Source of the DNA: Escherichia coli
Lineage (GTDB): Bacteria; Pseudomonadota; Gammaproteobacteria; Enterobacterales; Enterobacteriaceae
DNA: 64,000 nt
Direction: 5' to 3' (one strand)
Assembly: GCF_051903065.1 (NCBI RefSeq)
Contig: NZ_CP178438.1
The notes below the pieces were generated by a model. The model made no database searches and had not been told where the DNA came from. It saw only the letters and a program-made list of their open reading frames with translations. Positions 59,745 to 64,000 of the stretch are shown one piece after another (positions within the stretch are counted from its first letter, which is position 1; each line of letters begins with the position of its first letter). The position numbers and the translations under genes were made by a program.

Positions 59745-59854
59745 CTCACCAGTCTGGGCTAAGAAAAATCGGCGTGGCGCAAACAGAGCCATCCTCGCCA
59801 TTTTTGCTATCATGCCTGCATACATAAACGACAAAACAGTATGCAGAGGGAAAA

Positions 59855-60778
59855 ATGGGTTCCACCAGAAAGGGGATGCTGAACGTTCTGATTGCCGCCG
59901 TGTTGTGGGGAAGTTCAGGGGTCTGCGCGCAATACATCATGGAGCAAAGCCAGATGTCGTCGCAGTTTTTGACTATGACGCGTTTGATATTCGCCGGTTT
60001 GATTCTACTGACGCTGTCATTTGTTCATGGCGATAAAATCTTTTCTATTATTAACAATCATAAAGATGCCATTAGCCTGCTGATTTTTTCCGTGGTTGGC
60101 GCGCTAACTGTACAGCTCACTTTTTTGCTAACCATCGAAAAATCGAACGCAGCCACGGCAACGGTGCTGCAATTCCTCTCACCGACGATTATCGTCGCCT
60201 GGTTCTCACTGGTGCGTAAATCGCGCCCGGGCATTCTGGTTTTCTGCGCTATTTTGACATCGCTGGTCGGGACTTTTTTATTGGTGACACACGGTAATCC
60301 GACGTCATTATCGATCTCTCCTGCCGCGTTGTTCTGGGGCATTGCCTCGGCATTTGCTGCTGCATTCTATACCACCTATCCCTCAACGCTAATTGCCCGC
60401 TATGGCACGTTACCAGTCGTCGGCTGGAGTATGCTGATTGGCGGTCTGATTCTGTTGCCTTTTTATGCCAGACAAGGAACAAACTTTGTCGTTAACGGCA
60501 GTTTGATTCTGGCGTTTTTTTATTTGGTGGTCATTGGTACGTCCCTGACATTTAGTCTGTACCTGAAAGGAGCACAATTAATTGGCGGTCCAAAAGCCAG
60601 CATTTTGAGCTGTGCAGAACCATTAAGTAGCGCGCTACTCTCTTTGCTGTTGCTGGGGATCACGTTCACATTACCGGACTGGCTGGGAACGCTGCTGATT
60701 CTGTCATCGGTGATTTTGATTTCAATGGATTCCCGTCGCCGCGCCAGAAAAATAAATCGTCCGGCGCGGCATAAGTGA
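59855..60778 (+). CDS. yicL: EamA/DMT-family inner membrane transporter
   Basis: 307-aa polytopic [36 protein letters not shown]...; two EamA-like halves. Confidence 0.85.
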
Positions 60779-60781
60779 GAA

Positions 60782-61600
60782 TTACCAGCCAGGCACCGCG
60801 CCACCGTTAAAAATGGTTTCTGCCGCTTTAGCGACTTCGGGTGATTGATAAGATTGCAGAAATTCCTTCACGTTTTCTGCATTCTTATTATCTTCCCGTG
60901 CCACCAAAATATTCACATACGGCGAATTCTTATCTTCAATAAATACGCTGTCGTGCACCGGAGAAAGCCCGGTCTGCTGAATGTAAGTGGTGCTGATAAT
61001 CGCTACATCAACTTTGGGATCATCCAGTACGCGCGGGAGCTGCGCCCCCTCGAGTTCCATAATCTGCAAATGACGAGGATTATCGGTTATATCCAGCGCG
61101 GTAGGTAATAACCCTTTTCCCTCTTTCAGAGTAATTAGCTTCTCTTTTTGCAACAGTAAAAGTGCGCGACCAAGGTTGGTCGGGTCGTTGGGGATCGCCA
61201 CTGTCGCGCCTTCTTTTATTTGCGCCACGGTTTTGATTTTTTTGGAATAACCCGCCATAGGGAAGACAAACGTATTTCCCACCGCTACCAGTTTATAACC
61301 ATGCGCCTGATTATCTTGTTCAAGAAAGGGTCGATGCTGGAAGACATTCGCATCAAGTTCGCCATGATTTGTCGCATCGTTCGGTAGCAACGAACCGCTA
61401 AATCCTACCAGTTCAACATCGAGGCCATATTTCTCTTTTGCCACCTTTTTAGCGACTTCCGCGACATCTTGTTCTGCGCCATTTATAACGCCAACTTTAA
61501 TGTGTTTTGCATCGCTGCTACTCTGGTCGCAACCTGCCAGCAGAATTCCGGCCAGCAATAATGCGGCCCCTGTCCGTAGATGATGTGTTGTCAGTTTCAT
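60782..61600 (-). CDS. nlpA: Lipoprotein 28 (MetQ-like methionine-binding lipoprotein)
   Basis: 272-aa ORF MKLTTHHLRTGAALLLAGILLAGCDQSS (lipobox LAGC); NlpA/MetQ fold. Confidence 0.9.
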   Translation of the reverse strand: MKLTTHHLRTGAALLLAGILLAGCDQSSSDAKHIKVGVINGAEQDVAEVAKKVAKEKYGLDVELVGFSGSLLPNDATNHGELDANVFQHRPFLEQDNQAHGYKLVAVGNTFVFPMAGYSKKIKTVAQIKEGATVAIPNDPTNLGRALLLLQKEKLITLKEGKGLLPTALDITDNPRHLQIMELEGAQLPRVLDDPKVDVAIISTTYIQQTGLSPVHDSVFIEDKNSPYVNILVAREDNKNAENVKEFLQSYQSPEVAKAAETIFNGGAVPGW

Positions 61601-61821
61601 TTTTTTATCCTTTTATTAATGATTACCTGACTATAGCGGTAAGGTCGCTGCGGTTTAAAAAACGAAACGCTATCGATAAGAATAAAAAGGAATAAAAGTG
61701 GAATATAAAGTCTGGCACTTCTTACTGACCACGCAAGCGCGTTTCGTACAGCATGATGAGAGCGATGAAAGCAAACTACACTTATGCTTCATTCGATACA
61801 CATTTGTAAAAGGTTGAATCC

Positions 61822-62115
61822 ATGAAACCAACGACACTACTGCTTATTTTCACTTTTTTCGCTATGCCAGGCATCGTATACGCCGAGTCGCCTTTTAGCT
61901 CACTGCAGTCCGCAAAAGAGAAAACCACGGTATTACAAGATTTACGTAAAATTTGCACGCCACAGGCGTCATTATCAGATGAAGCGTGGGAAAAGTTAAT
62001 GTTGTCAGATGAAAACAATAAACAACATATACGCGAGGCCATCGTGGCGATGGAACGTAATAATCAGAGCAATTATTGGGAAGCGTTGGGTAAGGTAGAA
62101 TGCCCGGATATGTAA
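61822..62115 (+). CDS. yicS: Small secreted protein of unknown function
   Basis: 97-aa ORF MKPTTLLLIFTFFAMPGIVYAESPF... with signal peptide; conserved position between nlpA and nepI. Confidence 0.75.
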   Translation: MKPTTLLLIFTFFAMPGIVYAESPFSSLQSAKEKTTVLQDLRKICTPQASLSDEAWEKLMLSDENNKQHIREAIVAMERNNQSNYWEALGKVECPDM

Positions 62116-62155
62116 GAACAGCAACAACTACTGACCAACGCTTCTTTACCTGATA

Positions 62156-63346
62156 TCAGGATTTCTTCATTTTCACCTTTGCAGTAACCAACAATGCAGT
62201 CAGCAACATCAATGTGCCGGACAACATCAACGGCGAAGTCAGACCAATATTATCCAGCGCATAACCGCCGATTGCCGCGCCACAGGTATTAGCAAGCTGA
62301 ATAACCGCCACCTGAATAGACCCGGCTTTTTCTGCCTGATCGGCCAGCGAGCGGGTGATCCACGTTGACCAGCCGACGGGAACCAATGCAAAAGTTAGCC
62401 CCCAGATAATCGCCACGCCGGTAGCAACGATTTTATCGCTTCCCCACAACGTCAGTACCAACGCACTCACAGCCAGTATTAACGGCGCGCCTGCTAAGGC
62501 CAGTTTTACCGAACGTTTAAGAATGAACGACGAAAGCGACGTACCAATAAAGCTGGCGATACCAAAACTCAACAGCACCAGCGTTAAGCCATCCACGCCG
62601 AATCCCGCCAGGTTCATATACACCGGGCGAATATACGTGAAGAAAGCAAACTGCCCGGCGAAAGACATGAAGATGGCGATCATCCCTGCCATCACACCCG
62701 GACGTTGTAATAAGCGGAAAGTATTTTGTTTCTGATGCGAGGGTTCGCCTGGCAGTGAAGGCAATGATTTGATAATCCAGAAAATACACAGCACGCCCAT
62801 CACCGCCGCCGCATTAAAGACATTGCGCCAACCGATAAGCTCGCCTAAAAAACTTCCCAACGGCGCGGCAATCACCAGCGCAATAGAAACCGCGCCGAAG
62901 ATCACCGACAGCGCCTTCGGCACCGTACGCGGCGGCACCAGACGCATGGTCAGCGACGCCGACATCGCCCAGAACCCGCCCAGCGCCAGCCCCAGACAGG
63001 CACGACCGATTAAAAGCAAACTGAATGAGTTAGCAAAGGAAACCAGCAAGCAGGAGAGCGTCAGCAAAACGGCAAACAAAATAACAACGTAGCGGCGGTC
63101 AGTAGCCTGAATTGTCTGGGTAATAAACAAACTGGCAAACATTGCCACAAAGGCGGTCACGGTCACCGATTGCCCGGCAACCCCTTCCGAAATGCCTAAA
63201 TCCTGGGCCATTGGCGTCAACAAACTGACGGGCAAAAACTCAACGATAATCAGACAGGCGACACAAAACGCCACCGAGAAAACGGCTGACCAGTTCGGTC
63301 GGGTGATGGCATCCGCGCCGCGGTTTTCGGCAATAAATTCACTCAT
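62156..63346 (-). CDS. nepI: Purine ribonucleoside efflux pump (MFS)
   Basis: Likely start [59 protein letters not shown] (396 aa); the ORF-track extension to 63511 is rejected. Confidence 0.88.
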   Translation of the reverse strand: MSEFIAENRGADAITRPNWSAVFSVAFCVACLIIVEFLPVSLLTPMAQDLGISEGVAGQSVTVTAFVAMFASLFITQTIQATDRRYVVILFAVLLTLSCLLVSFANSFSLLLIGRACLGLALGGFWAMSASLTMRLVPPRTVPKALSVIFGAVSIALVIAAPLGSFLGELIGWRNVFNAAAVMGVLCIFWIIKSLPSLPGEPSHQKQNTFRLLQRPGVMAGMIAIFMSFAGQFAFFTYIRPVYMNLAGFGVDGLTLVLLSFGIASFIGTSLSSFILKRSVKLALAGAPLILAVSALVLTLWGSDKIVATGVAIIWGLTFALVPVGWSTWITRSLADQAEKAGSIQVAVIQLANTCGAAIGGYALDNIGLTSPLMLSGTLMLLTALLVTAKVKMKKS

Positions 63347-63556
63347 GGTGTTACCCGTGGCATGTTTCAGGGGAAAAGCCGACCACTTTAACATTGAAAT
63401 GTGTGACGCATTTAACGTTTTTGCAACTTTTACGGTGTTGCTTGAGCTGGAGTTAAGATCGAAACGGAACAGGGCAAAGATTACCGGATGCGGCGTGAAC
63501 GTCTTATCCACCCGACAGGTCAGGCGCGGTCTGTAGGCTGATAAGACGAAACGGTT

Positions 63557-63997
63557 TCAATGCAACCAGTGAACGCCCTCGGCAGGCTGAAAGAACGCGT
63601 TATAGCGCATCTGAAAAGCATTAATATCCTGCATTTCAGGTTCGGTTTCGCGCAGAAAACCTAGCGCCAGCCTGACCTGAGCGTCGGTAATCGGCGCGGC
63701 GAGGCGAGCTTTTTGTAAAATCCGATGCCATTGCAGCAGGTTCTGTTCGCTACCATCGACAATGACAATTTGCCAGATGAGCAACACCTGCGCGGCGTTT
63801 TGCAGGTGCGACTCAACCGGACGATGCAAATAACGTAAAAATTCGTCACCAGCTGACTTTCCCATTTGATCGACCATCGACTCCACGGGTACGACATCGA
63901 TGTTCAGCCGATCGCTGAGACGGCGAATCGCTTTTCTGGCCCCGGATGTCAGCACCCGAAAACCAACCACAAACACTACCGCCAGCGTGGCGAGCAT
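63557..63997 (-). CDS. yicN: Uncharacterised protein (YicN-like), start at or near the window edge
   Basis: 146-aa ORF MLATLAVVFVVGFRVLTSGARKAIRRLSDRL...; N-terminal hydrophobic segment; position after nepI. Confidence 0.6.
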   Translation of the reverse strand: MLATLAVVFVVGFRVLTSGARKAIRRLSDRLNIDVVPVESMVDQMGKSAGDEFLRYLHRPVESHLQNAAQVLLIWQIVIVDGSEQNLLQWHRILQKARLAAPITDAQVRLALGFLRETEPEMQDINAFQMRYNAFFQPAEGVHWLH

Positions 63998-64000
63998 TAT

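Overview
This window reads as a contiguous stretch of Escherichia coli chromosome running from the 3' end of lldR to yicN, and I found no convincing evidence of a previously undescribed system. Almost all of it is conserved housekeeping sequence: lldD, trmL, cysE, gpsA, secB, grxC, yibN, gpmM, envC, yibQ, waaH, tdh-kbl, the hldD-waaFC-waaL operon, waaA-coaD, mutM, rpmBG, radC, coaBC-dut-slmA, pyrE-rph, yicC, dinD, yicG, ligB, the gmk-rpoZ-spoT-trmH-recG operon, gltS, xanP, yicH, yicIJ, selC, setC, yicL, nlpA, yicS and nepI. Gene identities are from my own recognition of the translated ORFs and conserved motifs; no database search was run, and start codons are adjusted by eye from the ORF track, which appears to include TTG/GTG starts. 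Two regions are accessory. The first is the low-GC LPS outer-core block (about 15.9-24.2 kb), whose gene content differs from K-12: the terminal glycosyltransferase is GT4-like and the O-antigen ligase is a non-K-12 variant, suggesting an R2/Salmonella-like core type. The second, and the most interesting, is a roughly 2.6 kb decayed integrative islet immediately 3' of tRNA-Sec (55347-57921). It holds a truncated P4-type integrase, a complete 1057-bp IS903-family element with no target-site duplication, an orphan C-terminal gene fragment, and an imperfect direct repeat of the selC 3' end marking the distal boundary. Smaller observations include the ops/JUMPstart element in the waaQ leader, a LexA box upstream of dinD, a palindrome downstream of lldD whose core matches the IS50 inside end as I remember it, and the absence of any gene between kbl and hldD.
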